Positions 28,446-38,230 of a stretch of DNA of 64,000 bases are shown here, one piece after another. Each line of letters begins with the position of its first letter. Position 1 is the stretch's first letter. The position numbers and the translations under genes were made by a program. The stretch is from an uncultured Chloroflexia bacterium. GTDB taxonomy: Bacteria > Chloroflexota > Limnocylindria > Limnocylindrales > CSP1-4. The stretch is taken from contig OY970218.1 in assembly GCA_963713975.1 (NCBI GenBank), forward strand, positions 3,104,001-3,168,000, read 5' to 3'. A model generated the notes under the pieces. It did no database searches and was not told the origin of the DNA. It was given only the letters and a program-made list of their open reading frames with translations.

Positions 28446-29753
28446 GTGACCGCGGACCCCCTGCTCGATCCGATCCCGCCCACGCACGATATCGCCCCCT
28501 CTCCCGGGCTCCGGCGGAACCGGGCCTTCCTGCTGGTGTGGGGGGCGGCGACGATCTCCGTGTTCGGGTCGTTCGTCACCCGGATCGCGCTGCCGTTCGT
28601 GGCGATCGAGACGCTTCACGCGGGGCCGATCGAGATCGCCGCGCTGCGCAGCCTGGACCTCGTCGCGGCGCTGCTGGTGGGGTTCGTGGCCGGCGCGTGG
28701 GTGGACCGGCTGCGCCGGCGCCCCGTGATGATCTGGTCCGATCTCGGCCGGGCGGCCCTGCTGGGCTCGATCCCGGTCGCGGCCATCGGCGGCTGGCTCA
28801 CGCTCCCCCATGTCTTCATCGTCTCGTCGCTCGCCGCCGTCTTCACCACGTTCTTCGACGTCGCCGACAAGGCATACCTGCCGGCCGTTGTCGGCCGCTC
28901 GGATCTCGTACGCGCCAACGGGGCCCTGGCCGCCACCAGCAGCGCCGTGGAGTTCCTTGCCTTCGGCGCCGCCGGGTTCCTGGTCAAGCTCCTCACGGCG
29001 CCGATCGCCATCGCCATCGACGCGTGCTCGTTCCTCGTCTCCGCCCTGCTGCTGGGTGGCATCCGACGACCGGAGGCGGCGCCGCCACCAGCGGCGGACC
29101 GTGCGCCGGTGCTCGCGGAGATCCGGGAGGGCATGCGGCTCGTTGCGGACGATCCGATCCTGCGCGGCCTGCTGTGGGGCACGATGGGACTGGCGGCGAT
29201 GTGGGGCGTGTTCGGCGCGACGTTCCTGCTGTTCGCGAACGGCGAGCTTGACCTGGATCCCGCCACGATCGGGGTCGTGGCGGCGCTCGGCGGCTTCGGA
29301 TCGCTCATGGGCGCGCTGCTAGCGGAGCGGTCTGCGCGGCGTTTCGGACTGGGCCACCTGGTGGTCGGCTCGCTCCTGCTCGCGGCCCTCGGCAACCTGC
29401 TGATCCCGCTCGCCCCCGCCGGGCTGCCGCTGGTCGCGGTCGCCTTCCTCGTGGGCCAGCAGCTGATCGGCGACACCGCCGTGACGGTGTTCGACGTCAC
29501 CGAGGTGTCCATCCGCCAGGCCCGCGTGCAGGACCGGCACCTGGGTCGGGTCAACGCGACCGTCAGGGTCGTGATGGTCCTGGCACAGCTGCTCGGGACG
29601 GTGGCGGGCGGCATCCTGGCGGAGGTCATCGGCCTGCGCGGGGCGGCTTTCCTCGCGCCCGTGTTCGCGCTCGTGGGGTCGGTTGGGCTCTACCGGTCAC
29701 CGGTGTGGCGGATCCGGCGCGCCGACGCGGTCGACCGGGAGGCCGCGGCGTAG
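28446..29753 (+). CDS. MFS transporter (DHA3/MFS_3-like)
   Basis: About 12 hydrophobic segments, GAWVDRLRRRPVMIWSD motif A, LGRVNA; GTG at 28446. Confidence 0.9.
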   Translation: MTADPLLDPIPPTHDIAPSPGLRRNRAFLLVWGAATISVFGSFVTRIALPFVAIETLHAGPIEIAALRSLDLVAALLVGFVAGAWVDRLRRRPVMIWSDLGRAALLGSIPVAAIGGWLTLPHVFIVSSLAAVFTTFFDVADKAYLPAVVGRSDLVRANGALAATSSAVEFLAFGAAGFLVKLLTAPIAIAIDACSFLVSALLLGGIRRPEAAPPPAADRAPVLAEIREGMRLVADDPILRGLLWGTMGLAAMWGVFGATFLLFANGELDLDPATIGVVAALGGFGSLMGALLAERSARRFGLGHLVVGSLLLAALGNLLIPLAPAGLPLVAVAFLVGQQLIGDTAVTVFDVTEVSIRQARVQDRHLGRVNATVRVVMVLAQLLGTVAGGILAEVIGLRGAAFLAPVFALVGSVGLYRSPVWRIRRADAVDREAAA

Positions 29754-29781
29754 CCGTTCGGAGACGGCCTCGGTGGGACCG

Positions 29782-30963
29782 CTAGTCGAACAGGGCCTCC
29801 ACGAAGTCCTCGGGGTCGAACGGGAGCAGGTCCTCCGCCTTCTCCCCCACCCCGACGAACCGGACCGGGACGCCGAGATCCTTCTCGATCGCGAACACGA
29901 TGCCGCCCTTCGCCGTCGAGTCCAGCTTGGTCAGGACCACCCCGGTGAGGCCGACCACCTGGTGGAAGGCCTTCGCCTGGGCGAGCCCGTTCTGGCCGGT
30001 GGTGGCATCGAGCACGAAGAACGTCTCGACCCGGGCACCCGGGATCCGCTTGTCGATCATCCGGCGGACCTTGCTCAGTTCGTCCATCAGGTTTGACTTG
30101 GTGTGGAGCCGGCCGGCTGTGTCGGCGATCAGGATGTCGGCGTGGCGTGCGATGGCCGCGTCGAGGGCGTCGAACACCACGGCAGCAGGGTCGGCGTTGG
30201 GAGCGTGCGCCACGATCTCCGACCCGGTGCGCTGGGCCCAGATTCGGAGCTGGTCGATGGCGGCGGCCCGGAACGTATCGGCGGCCGCAAGCACCACATG
30301 CCGGCCGCTGGCCCGCTCGCGCGCGGCGAGCTTGCCGATCGTCGTGGTCTTGCCGGTCCCGTTGACGCCGACCACGAGGACGATTGCGGGCGCGCCGTCG
30401 GCGGCGGGGACGGGCTCCCAGTGCTCCGCATCGCGCGGTGCGAGCAGGCCGGCGAGCTCGCTTCGCACCGCCACCTCCGCGCTGACGTCCCGGCGCTTGC
30501 GGGCGCGCTCCACCAGATCCATGGCCAGGACCGCGCCGACGTCACCGGTGATCAGCGTCTCCTCGATCTCGTCCCAGTCCGCGTCGCCGCCGACCCCGAA
30601 CGCGTCGCGTAGGCGGGCCCCGAACCCGGTCCGGGATTTCTCCAGGCCCTGCTCGAGCTGCTCGCGCTCGCGCTCGCGACGCTCGGCATCGGCCTTCTCG
30701 GGGCTGTAGTCGGCGCCCCACGCCCACTGGGCCTCCGGCTCCGGTTCGGGTGCCGGTTCGGGCTCGGGCACGGGCTCGGGTTTCGGCTCGGGCTCGGGTT
30801 CAGGTTCGGCCACAACATCACCGGGCGAGCCCTGCTGCCACTCGTCGCCGATGAGGTCCGCGGCGCCATCGACGGGCAGCTCGGGCTGCCCGAGCAGCTC
30901 GGGCTGCGGGGGCAGCTCGGGCTGCGGGTCCTGGGGCTGGCCGCCGCGTCGGAAGAGCCGCAT
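29782..30963 (-). CDS. ftsY: SRP receptor FtsY with acidic, Pro-rich N-domain
   Basis: GLEKSR, VGVNGTGKTTT, DTFRAAA, DTAGRL, TKLDSTAKGG; ATG at 30963 after AGGAG. Confidence 0.97.
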   Translation of the reverse strand: MRLFRRGGQPQDPQPELPPQPELLGQPELPVDGAADLIGDEWQQGSPGDVVAEPEPEPEPKPEPVPEPEPAPEPEPEAQWAWGADYSPEKADAERREREREQLEQGLEKSRTGFGARLRDAFGVGGDADWDEIEETLITGDVGAVLAMDLVERARKRRDVSAEVAVRSELAGLLAPRDAEHWEPVPAADGAPAIVLVVGVNGTGKTTTIGKLAARERASGRHVVLAAADTFRAAAIDQLRIWAQRTGSEIVAHAPNADPAAVVFDALDAAIARHADILIADTAGRLHTKSNLMDELSKVRRMIDKRIPGARVETFFVLDATTGQNGLAQAKAFHQVVGLTGVVLTKLDSTAKGGIVFAIEKDLGVPVRFVGVGEKAEDLLPFDPEDFVEALFD

Positions 30964-31138
30964 TACCGCTCCTCGTCCTCCTTGGCCTCGGGCATCGGGA
31001 CGATCGGGGCCGGATCGACCTCGCCCCAGCCACCCAGCAACGCACCGGGCGCCTCGGCCAGGTCCCACTCGAGCTCGTTTGGCTCTGGGACGACCTGGTC
31101 CGGCGAGCCCTGCTTCCACTCGTCGCCGATGAGGTCCG
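30824..31138. repeat. 37-bp direct repeat (30824-30860 and 31102-31138, 36/37 identical) shared by the ftsY 5' region and the upstream small ORF
   Basis: ggcgagccctgct(g/t)ccactcgtcgccgatgaggtccg, encoding DLIGDEW(Q/K)QGSP. Confidence 0.92.
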
Positions 31139-31259
31139 GCTCGAGACCGCCCTCCGGGTACAGCGACCTGACCATGCCCTCGGGCACATCGGCCTCGGCG
31201 GCCGGTTCCTGCTCGGGCTCCTGGTCCTGCGGCTTCTCGCCGTGATGGAACGGGTTCAT
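30963..31259 (-). CDS. Small acidic protein (98 aa) paralogous to the FtsY N-terminal region
   Basis: TGATG overlap with smc and TAATG overlap with ftsY; contains DLIGDEWKQGSP. Confidence 0.75.
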   Translation of the reverse strand: MNPFHHGEKPQDQEPEQEPAAEADVPEGMVRSLYPEGGLEPDLIGDEWKQGSPDQVVPEPNELEWDLAEAPGALLGGWGEVDPAPIVPMPEAKEDEER

Positions 31260-34200
31260 CAGCGCTTCCTGCCTTCCGAACGCCCACCCCCGGCGCCCTC
31301 GAGATCCCCGCGGACCTCGGTGCTCCGGTGGTCGGCCATGGCCTGCGCCTCTTCGAGGCGCAGGCTGATGACGCGGCTGACGGAGTCGTCGCCGACCGTG
31401 ACACCGTACAGGGCGTCGGCGACCTCGATCGTGCCGCGGTTGTGGGTGATGACGATGAACTGCGTCTGCGCAGTGAGCTCGCGCAGGGCATCCGTGAAGC
31501 GGCTGACGTTCGCCTCGTCGAGGGCTGCATCGACCTCGTCCAGCACGCAGAACGGCGCGGGCCGCACCTCGAGCATCGCGAACAGGAGCGCGACCGCGGT
31601 GAGGGCCCGCTCCCCGCCCGAGAGCATCGACAGCGCCTGGGGCTTCTTGCCCGGCGGGCGCGCCGTGATCTCGATGCCGGTCGCGGACAGGTCAGCCGGG
31701 TCGGTGAGCGACAGCTTCGCGAAGCCACCCCCGAAGAGCTGTTGGAACCGGCGGTCGAACGCGACCTCCAGGGCGGCGAACGTCGCCCGGAACTGGGTCG
31801 CGATCAGGTGGTCGAGATCCGCGATCAGGCTCCGCGTCTTCGCGATCGCATCGCGCAGGTCCTTGTCCTGTGCGTCCAGGGTCTCGAGGCGCTCCCGCAC
31901 GGCCCGGTATTCGTCCACCGCGAACGGATTGGCCGCACCCATCTCGTGGAACCGGCGGCGGAGCGTCGCAAGGCGACCGGGCGACGGCGCTTCGCCATCG
32001 GGAGGGTCCTGTGCCCAGCGCGGGGCCAGCCGGTCCAGCGCCGATTCCAGTGCGGCCGTCTCGCCCACGTCACCGTCGTCCGTCTCTCCCGCAGCCTCGG
32101 CCGGCTCGCCATCCGGCCCGAGTCCGCCGACGTCCGCCACGTCCTCCCCCGCCGCCGCGACGAGGTGCCGCAGCCCGACGCCACCGAGCCCGGCCAGCTC
32201 GACCAGCAGCTGTTCCCGCAGGGCCTCGAGGCCGAGGCGGGCCTCGAGCGCGGCGACGTCGGCGGCCCGAGCCCGGTCATCGGCGGAGCGCAGTCGCTCG
32301 CGGGCGGCGGTCGCGGCCCGCTCGGCATCGGCCAGACGGGTCCGCTCGACGCGATCGTCGGCGAGGAGCACCTCGAGGACATCCCTCGCCTGCGCCTCGC
32401 GGGCGGCCGCCGCCGCAAGCTCCCCGGCAACGGTGTCACGCTCGGCGGCCGCAGCCTGTTCCCGGTCCGCGAGCGCCAGCAACTCCCGCTCGGTCGACGA
32501 GATCCGGCCCTCGGCAAGCGCTGCGGTCGCCTCGGACCGGGCCCGCCGCCCCTCCGCATCACGCCGCGTCCGCTCATGGGCGCCCGCGTCGCCGGCCAGG
32601 CGGTCGCGCCGCGTCCGCAGTTCGGTGACCCTGGACTCCCACGCGGAGATCGCCTCCCGCTCCCCGCTCCCAGTTTCGTCGCCGGGTCCGGGCACCTCCG
32701 CTGGAGCTACCTCCAGCGCGGCCTGCGCCGCCGCGGCTCGCTCGGCCTCGCCCGCGAACCGCTCGGCTTGGGCGGTGTGCCACGAGGCCTCGCGCGCGGC
32801 GCCCTCCAACTCCCGGCCGGCGGCGCGCTCCACGTCCTCCGCCCGCCTCCGGACCGCCATCGCTGCCGATTCCGCCACCCGAGCCGCCTCGAGCACGCTT
32901 CGCGTCCGGGTCGCCTCGGTGACCGCCTCCCGGGAGGCGTGCTCGGCGAGGTCCGCATCAGCCTGGAGGGCCTCTGCCTCCCTGAAAAGACGATCGGCCT
33001 CCGCCCGGCGCTCGAGTGGTGAGTCACCCCGACCGATCCGCACGGCGAACGCATCGACGGTGGCGCTCCCGTCCCGCGTGACTGCAACCCAGCCGACCGG
33101 CAGGGAGACCTGGACCTCGAGCGCGGCCGCGAGGTCCGGCGTCCAGACCACGCGGGCCAGCAGAGCCCGCACGGCGCCGTGCGGATCCCGACGGACGGCC
33201 TCGGTCAGCCGTCCCCCGGCCACAGCGGCCAGCGCGTCGTCGAGGCGGCGGAGCTCCGCCGCGCTCCCGCCGCCCGCGACCTTGCCGGCTGCATCCAGGC
33301 GCTCGCGGATCACCACGTGACCACGCTCGCCGGCCAGCGCCTGGGTCCCGCCTCGCTCGACGACGTACGCGCGGGCCAGCTCGCCCAGCGCCGCCTCCAC
33401 CGCGGCCCGCAGCGTGGGCTCGATCCCCAGCTCCTCGTCCACCCGGCGACCGCCCAGCTTGCGTGCCGCCCGGGCGATCCCGCGCTCCTCGTCCTCCGCG
33501 AGCCTGCGCTGGATCTGCTCCAGCCGGCCCCTGGCGCCTGCCAGCATCGAGCCCGCCTTCGCGGCCCGCTCCGTCACCGCGCGGCGCGTGCCCTCGGCCG
33601 CGTCGGCGGCAGCACGCGCCGACTCGCGACCGTCGACCGCGGCCGCCTCCTCGGCAGAAGCGGTGGCCAGCGCCGTCCTGGCATCCGCGAGCGCGGACTC
33701 GAGCCGGTCGCGGCGCGTGTCGGCCGCCGTGGACCGGGCTTGTTCGTCGGCCGCCCGTCGCTCGGCTTCGGCGTGGCGCCTCCGTGCCGTCTCGGCCTCA
33801 CCCGCGCGGGCCGACTCCGCGCGCCGGATGGCCGCCAGCTCGTCACCCCGAGCCCGGGACGCGGCCCGCAGGGCTCCCAGCTCCGCGAGGGCGTCGGCCA
33901 GCGCACGGTCAGCCTCCGCGAGGGTGGCCTCCAGCTCCAGGTCTCGCTCGGGCACCGGCTCCGCGAGGATCCGGCGGTGCGCGGCGAGATCCGCCTCCGC
34001 CGTCGCCCGCTCATCCGCGATGCGCTGCCGGTCCCGAACGGCAGCGGCCACCTCCCCGGCGGCGCGGGCCTGCCGGAGACCGAGCGCGGTCAGCTCCGCC
34101 CGGGCCGCCTCGTGGATGGTGCGCCGGACCCGCTCGTCCTCGGCGCGGGCCGCCATCGACGCTGCGATGTCCGCGACCGACGTCTCCGCCGTCTCCAGGG

Positions 34201-34990
34201 CCTCGAGCGCACCTTCCGTCTCCCGGCGCACCCCGTCCCGCCGCTGCTCGGCGTCGCCCGCCCGCCCGGCGGCCTCTCGCCACCGCCCATGAGCGGCGAC
34301 GATCAGCGCCGCTGCGAGCTCTTCGCCGGCGGTGAGCCTTGTCGCCTGCTGCTCGGCGAGCTGCCCGAGGCGGCGCGCCTGCGGGCGCAGCTCGGCGAGG
34401 ATGTCCTCCACGCGGGAGAGGTTGGCCTCCGCCTCCGCGAGCTGCTCCTCGGCCTTGCGCCGGCGTCGCTCGTGGCGCCGGACGCCGGCCACCTCCTCGA
34501 ACAGCGGGCGGCGCTCCTCGGGGCGCAGTGCCAGCGCCTGGTCCACCATGCCCTGGCCGATGAACAGGAAGGCGTTCTCGGCGAGGTTCGCGCTGTCGAG
34601 GAGGTCGACGAGGTCGCGCAGCCGGACGCGCTGGCGGTTGAGCAGATAGTCATTCTCGCCGGAGCGGTACAGGCGCCGGCCCAGCTCCACCACTGCGTAC
34701 TCGACGGGCAGCAGCGCGTCCCCGTTGTCGAGCACGAGCGTCACGTCCGCCATCCCCTGGGCGCTCCGCTTCTCCGAGCCCGCCCAGATGACGTCCTCGC
34801 TCTTGCGGATGCGAAGCGATCTGCCCTGCTCGCCGAGGGCCCAGCGAAGCGCGTCGGCGAGGTTCGACTTGCCCGAGCCATTGGGTCCCACGATCGCACT
34901 GATGCCGGGCCCGAACTCGACGGTGGTCCGCTCGGCGAACGACTTGAAGCCCTGGACGCGGAGGCCCAGCAGGCGAGCGGGTGCGCTCAC
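31259..34990 (-). CDS. smc: Chromosome segregation protein SMC
   Basis: GFKSFA, GPNGSGKSN, long coiled coils, LSGGE, LDEVDAALD, ITH. Confidence 0.96.
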   Translation of the reverse strand: MSAPARLLGLRVQGFKSFAERTTVEFGPGISAIVGPNGSGKSNLADALRWALGEQGRSLRIRKSEDVIWAGSEKRSAQGMADVTLVLDNGDALLPVEYAVVELGRRLYRSGENDYLLNRQRVRLRDLVDLLDSANLAENAFLFIGQGMVDQALALRPEERRPLFEEVAGVRRHERRRRKAEEQLAEAEANLSRVEDILAELRPQARRLGQLAEQQATRLTAGEELAAALIVAAHGRWREAAGRAGDAEQRRDGVRRETEGALEALETAETSVADIAASMAARAEDERVRRTIHEAARAELTALGLRQARAAGEVAAAVRDRQRIADERATAEADLAAHRRILAEPVPERDLELEATLAEADRALADALAELGALRAASRARGDELAAIRRAESARAGEAETARRRHAEAERRAADEQARSTAADTRRDRLESALADARTALATASAEEAAAVDGRESARAAADAAEGTRRAVTERAAKAGSMLAGARGRLEQIQRRLAEDEERGIARAARKLGGRRVDEELGIEPTLRAAVEAALGELARAYVVERGGTQALAGERGHVVIRERLDAAGKVAGGGSAAELRRLDDALAAVAGGRLTEAVRRDPHGAVRALLARVVWTPDLAAALEVQVSLPVGWVAVTRDGSATVDAFAVRIGRGDSPLERRAEADRLFREAEALQADADLAEHASREAVTEATRTRSVLEAARVAESAAMAVRRRAEDVERAAGRELEGAAREASWHTAQAERFAGEAERAAAAQAALEVAPAEVPGPGDETGSGEREAISAWESRVTELRTRRDRLAGDAGAHERTRRDAEGRRARSEATAALAEGRISSTERELLALADREQAAAAERDTVAGELAAAAAREAQARDVLEVLLADDRVERTRLADAERAATAARERLRSADDRARAADVAALEARLGLEALREQLLVELAGLGGVGLRHLVAAAGEDVADVGGLGPDGEPAEAAGETDDGDVGETAALESALDRLAPRWAQDPPDGEAPSPGRLATLRRRFHEMGAANPFAVDEYRAVRERLETLDAQDKDLRDAIAKTRSLIADLDHLIATQFRATFAALEVAFDRRFQQLFGGGFAKLSLTDPADLSATGIEITARPPGKKPQALSMLSGGERALTAVALLFAMLEVRPAPFCVLDEVDAALDEANVSRFTDALRELTAQTQFIVITHNRGTIEVADALYGVTVGDDSVSRVISLRLEEAQAMADHRSTEVRGDLEGAGGGRSEGRKR

Positions 34991-35757
34991 GATCCCGGCG
35001 TCTGGTCGGGAGCCGAGGCTGGCTGCGTCGGGCTCGTGGAGGCCCGTGTGGCACGGGCAGCCTGCCGCTCCATCCGGAGCACCTCGAGCGCCTCGGCCGC
35101 GGCCAGCGTCTCGGCGATCCTGCGTGAAGGTCCCTCGCCGACGCCGAAGACCCGGCCGTCAAGGACCACCTCGATCCGGAACTGCTTCTCGTGGTCCGGC
35201 CCGACGGCCTCTACGATCCGGTACAGCGGCCGCTCTCCGGTGGTCCGCTGCGTGTGCTCCTGCAGCCGGCTCTTGGGGCTCTTGAGGGTCGTCAACGGGG
35301 AGTCGGCCGCGAGCTCCTCGGCCGCCCACGCCTGGATCCAGTCCCGTACGACATCCCAGCCGAGGTCAAGGTAGATCGCGCCAACCAGTGCCTCGAACGC
35401 GGACGCCAGGAGGGACGGGCGCACCCGACCACCCCGCTGGGCCTCTCCCTCGCCCAGGAACAGGTACGAGCCCAGGTCGAGTCGGACCGCGAGGCGGGCG
35501 AGACCCAGCGTGCTGACGATGAACGCGCGGCGCGCCGAAAGCACACCCTCGTCATCGGCGGGGTGGCGTCGGTACAGCGCTTCGGACACGGCAAGGCTGA
35601 CCACCGCGTCCCCAAGGAACTCCAGCCGCTCGTTGTGCCCCCGAACCGCGTCGGGATGCTCATGGAGCCAGCTGCTGTGGACGAGCGCCTGCTCAAGCAG
35701 GTCGCGATCTCGGATGGGGAGCCCGAGGCGCTCCGTCAGCGCGTCGGCCGGATGCAT
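34987..35757 (-). CDS. rnc: Ribonuclease III
   Basis: NERLEFLGDAV, EALVGAIYLD, dsRBD PKSRLQE. Confidence 0.97.
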   Translation of the reverse strand: MHPADALTERLGLPIRDRDLLEQALVHSSWLHEHPDAVRGHNERLEFLGDAVVSLAVSEALYRRHPADDEGVLSARRAFIVSTLGLARLAVRLDLGSYLFLGEGEAQRGGRVRPSLLASAFEALVGAIYLDLGWDVVRDWIQAWAAEELAADSPLTTLKSPKSRLQEHTQRTTGERPLYRIVEAVGPDHEKQFRIEVVLDGRVFGVGEGPSRRIAETLAAAEALEVLRMERQAARATRASTSPTQPASAPDQTPGS

Positions 35758-35776
35758 GACGCCCCGGGCAGGGCCG

Positions 35777-36013
35777 CTAGGAGGCGCGCTCGTCGATGTA
35801 GTCGACGGCGTCCTGCACGGTCCGGATCTTCTCGGCGTCCTCGTCGGAGATCTCGGTCCCGAACTCCTCTTCGAGGCTCATGATGAGCTCGACGAGGTCC
35901 AGGGAGTCGGCATTGAGATCGTCCACGAAGGAGGCTTCCGGCGTGACTTCCGCCTCGTCCGCACCGAGTTGCTCGATCACGATCTTCTTGAGCCGATCGT
36001 ACGTGCTGGCCAC
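35777..36013 (-). CDS. acpP: Acyl carrier protein
   Basis: [22 protein letters not shown]; GTG at 36013 after AGGAG. Confidence 0.97.
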   Translation of the reverse strand: MASTYDRLKKIVIEQLGADEAEVTPEASFVDDLNADSLDLVELIMSLEEEFGTEISDEDAEKIRTVQDAVDYIDERAS

Positions 36014-36024
36014 TGACTCACTCC

Positions 36025-36507
36025 TCAAACCGGGGTGTCCCGACGGGTTGCATCCTGGTCCCGGGCCACTCGCCCGAGCACGCCGTTCACGAGCCGTCGC
36101 ATCGGATCGCCCGAATAGGTTCGGGCGAGCTCGACCCACTCGGCAATGGCCACCCGGGCCGGCGTCGCGGGCGAGTGTAGCACCTCGCACAGCCCGCAAC
36201 GCAGCAGTGCGCGGTCCATCCGGGCCAGCGATACGACCGGGTACTGGGGCGCCGCGCTGGAGATCTGCGCGTCGAGCGAGTCGCGGTGGCGGGCCACGTT
36301 GCCCACGATCTCGCGAGCCAGAACCGCGGTCTCCGGATCAGCCTCAAGCGCGAGGTGCCGTTCCAGGATGGCGTCTGCCGTGCGCTGTCCGAACTCCGCC
36401 TCGAACACCGACGCCAGCGCCAGGCGACGTGCGGACCGGCGGCTCCGGACCCGATCCTCGCGGAGGCGCTCGCGCCGCTGGCGGGGGGCGTCAGGCCCCG
36501 ATGCCAT
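36025..36507 (-). CDS. nusB: Transcription antitermination factor NusB
   Basis: [36 protein letters not shown]. Confidence 0.92.
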   Translation of the reverse strand: MASGPDAPRQRRERLREDRVRSRRSARRLALASVFEAEFGQRTADAILERHLALEADPETAVLAREIVGNVARHRDSLDAQISSAAPQYPVVSLARMDRALLRCGLCEVLHSPATPARVAIAEWVELARTYSGDPMRRLVNGVLGRVARDQDATRRDTPV

Positions 36508-36799
36508 CGACCAGCACGGTGACGCTGCCGAGCTCCAGGCCGAGCAGCCGCACGACGGCCGACCCGACCGCCTCCCGGACCTGGGCCGACAGCGGCACCA
36601 GTTGCTGTCGCGGACGGGCGACAAGCCAGACGGTGACATGGACGCGCTCATCGCGGATACGGACCCGGATCGGGGATCCGACGATGGCGTTACGCCAGCG
36701 CGGGCCCCCGCGGCCGACCCGCAGGACGCCCGGTACCTCGAGCGCCGCGAGGCGGACGGTCTCCCGGATGACATCGGGGCCAACGGACAGGGCTGACAT
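36491..36799 (-). CDS. Asp23/Gls24 family protein (YqhY-like)
   Basis: VIRETVRLAALEVPGV...QVREAV...VTVLVDGI; upstream of nusB. Confidence 0.8.
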   Translation of the reverse strand: MSALSVGPDVIRETVRLAALEVPGVLRVGRGGPRWRNAIVGSPIRVRIRDERVHVTVWLVARPRQQLVPLSAQVREAVGSAVVRLLGLELGSVTVLVDGIGA

Positions 36800-37887
36800 C
36801 AGGCACCAGTCTCCGTCGTTGCGGGCTCGACGTCCACCGGGGGCGAGCCGACCTGCGATCCAGCCCCAACAGCCTCGGCGATCAGGTCCGGAACCCGCTC
36901 GCGCGCTGTGGTGGCACCGACGCGGACGGCATGCTCGATCATGCGCCGCTTCGCCCGGCCGTGCGTGATGATCACGGCGCCCCGGACACCGAGCAGCGGC
37001 GATCCGCCGACGACCTCGTAGTCGAACGTCCTGCGGATCCGCGCGATGCCGGGCCGCAGCAGCAGGTACGCGAGACGACCCCGGATCCCGCGGCGGAACT
37101 CGGCCCGCAGCTGGTCGAAGATGAATCCTGACAGCCCTTCGAAGAACTTGATCACGACGTTGCCCAGGACGGCGTCGCACACGACGACGTCGGAGATCAG
37201 CAGCGTGAGGTCCTTGCCCTCGACGTTGCCGATGAAGTTGAGGTCCGTCTGGTCGATGAGCTCCGTGGCGCGCTGGATCCGCGCATCGCCCTTGCCCTTC
37301 TCCTCGCCGATCGACAGCAGGGCCACCCGGGGCCGTTCCACGCCCAGGACCCGCTCCGAGAAGATCGCGCCCATGCGCGCGTACTGGGCCAGGTTCTCAG
37401 GCGTCGAGTCGGGGTTCGCACCGATGTCCAGCAGCACGAACGGCCGCTCGGTGCCGACCATCTGGACCGCCAGCGCCGGCCGATCGACGCCATGGACGCG
37501 CCCCAGCCGCAGCACGGCCGCTGCCATCCCGGCGCCGGTGTGGCCAGCCGTGACGACGGCGTCGGCCTCACCCTTCCGGACGAGATCCATCGCCACCATG
37601 ATCGAAGCGTCCTTCTTCTCGCGCAGCGCCATGGCGGGATGCTCGTGCATCTCGATGACCTGGGAGGCGTGGACGGTGCGGACGTTGGCGGGCGGATCCC
37701 GCAGGAGCGGCGCCATCAGCGCGTCGTCTCCAACCAGGATCACCGTGTCCTCGGGGTGGGTGCGTGCATAGGCCAGGGCGCCGGGGATGACCTCGGCCGC
37801 ACCGTGGTCACCGCCGACGGCGTCGACCGCGACGCGGACGCCCCGGGTCGCGGGGCTGCTCGGGGCGGGATCCTTGTCTTGGGTCAC
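36799..37887 (-). CDS. plsX: Phosphate acyltransferase PlsX
   Basis: VAVDAVGGD, TAGHTGA, LLDIGAN, IGEEKGKG, GNVEG. Confidence 0.95.
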   Translation of the reverse strand: MTQDKDPAPSSPATRGVRVAVDAVGGDHGAAEVIPGALAYARTHPEDTVILVGDDALMAPLLRDPPANVRTVHASQVIEMHEHPAMALREKKDASIMVAMDLVRKGEADAVVTAGHTGAGMAAAVLRLGRVHGVDRPALAVQMVGTERPFVLLDIGANPDSTPENLAQYARMGAIFSERVLGVERPRVALLSIGEEKGKGDARIQRATELIDQTDLNFIGNVEGKDLTLLISDVVVCDAVLGNVVIKFFEGLSGFIFDQLRAEFRRGIRGRLAYLLLRPGIARIRRTFDYEVVGGSPLLGVRGAVIITHGRAKRRMIEHAVRVGATTARERVPDLIAEAVGAGSQVGSPPVDVEPATTETGA

Positions 37888-37894
37888 GACCCGG

Positions 37895-38107
37895 TTACGC
37901 GGACTCCTCGCCCGCGGACGACCCGCCGGCCGGCTTGAGCTCGATCGCCTGGCGGCCGTTGTACCACCCGCACGCCGGGCAGACCCGGTGCGAGAGCTTC
38001 GGCTCGTGGCAATGCGGGCACTCGACGAGCTTCGGCAGGGTGAGGGCGAGGTGGCTCCGGCGCTCCATCTGCCGCGCGTGAGCGACCTTTCGCTTGGGAA
38101 CACCCAT
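37895..38107 (-). CDS. rpmF: 50S ribosomal protein L32
   Basis: MGVPKRK, CPHC...HRVCPACGWYNG. Confidence 0.96.
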   Translation of the reverse strand: MGVPKRKVAHARQMERRSHLALTLPKLVECPHCHEPKLSHRVCPACGWYNGRQAIELKPAGGSSAGEESA

Positions 38108-38230
38108 GTCGGTTCTTGCTCCTGTTCGAGGCTGGTGACGCGGACGGAGCCGCGAGACGGTCTGTTGTCATCGGGCCGGCCCCTGCGGGCGCGCAGACGC
38201 GCCGCCGCCGGGCTGGGCCGACTGGGGAGT

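Noticed and set aside
30735-30935. Short tandem repeats (ggctcg and 18-bp units) as a possible CRISPR or contingency locus
   Set aside because: In-frame coding repeats for the FtsY EP and QPEL low-complexity segments; no unique spacers and no cas genes
30963-31728. Long N-terminal extension of FtsY in the ORF track (648 aa)
   Set aside because: Overlaps smc and the small ORF in another frame; Arg-rich shadow sequence; the SD-preceded ATG is at 30963
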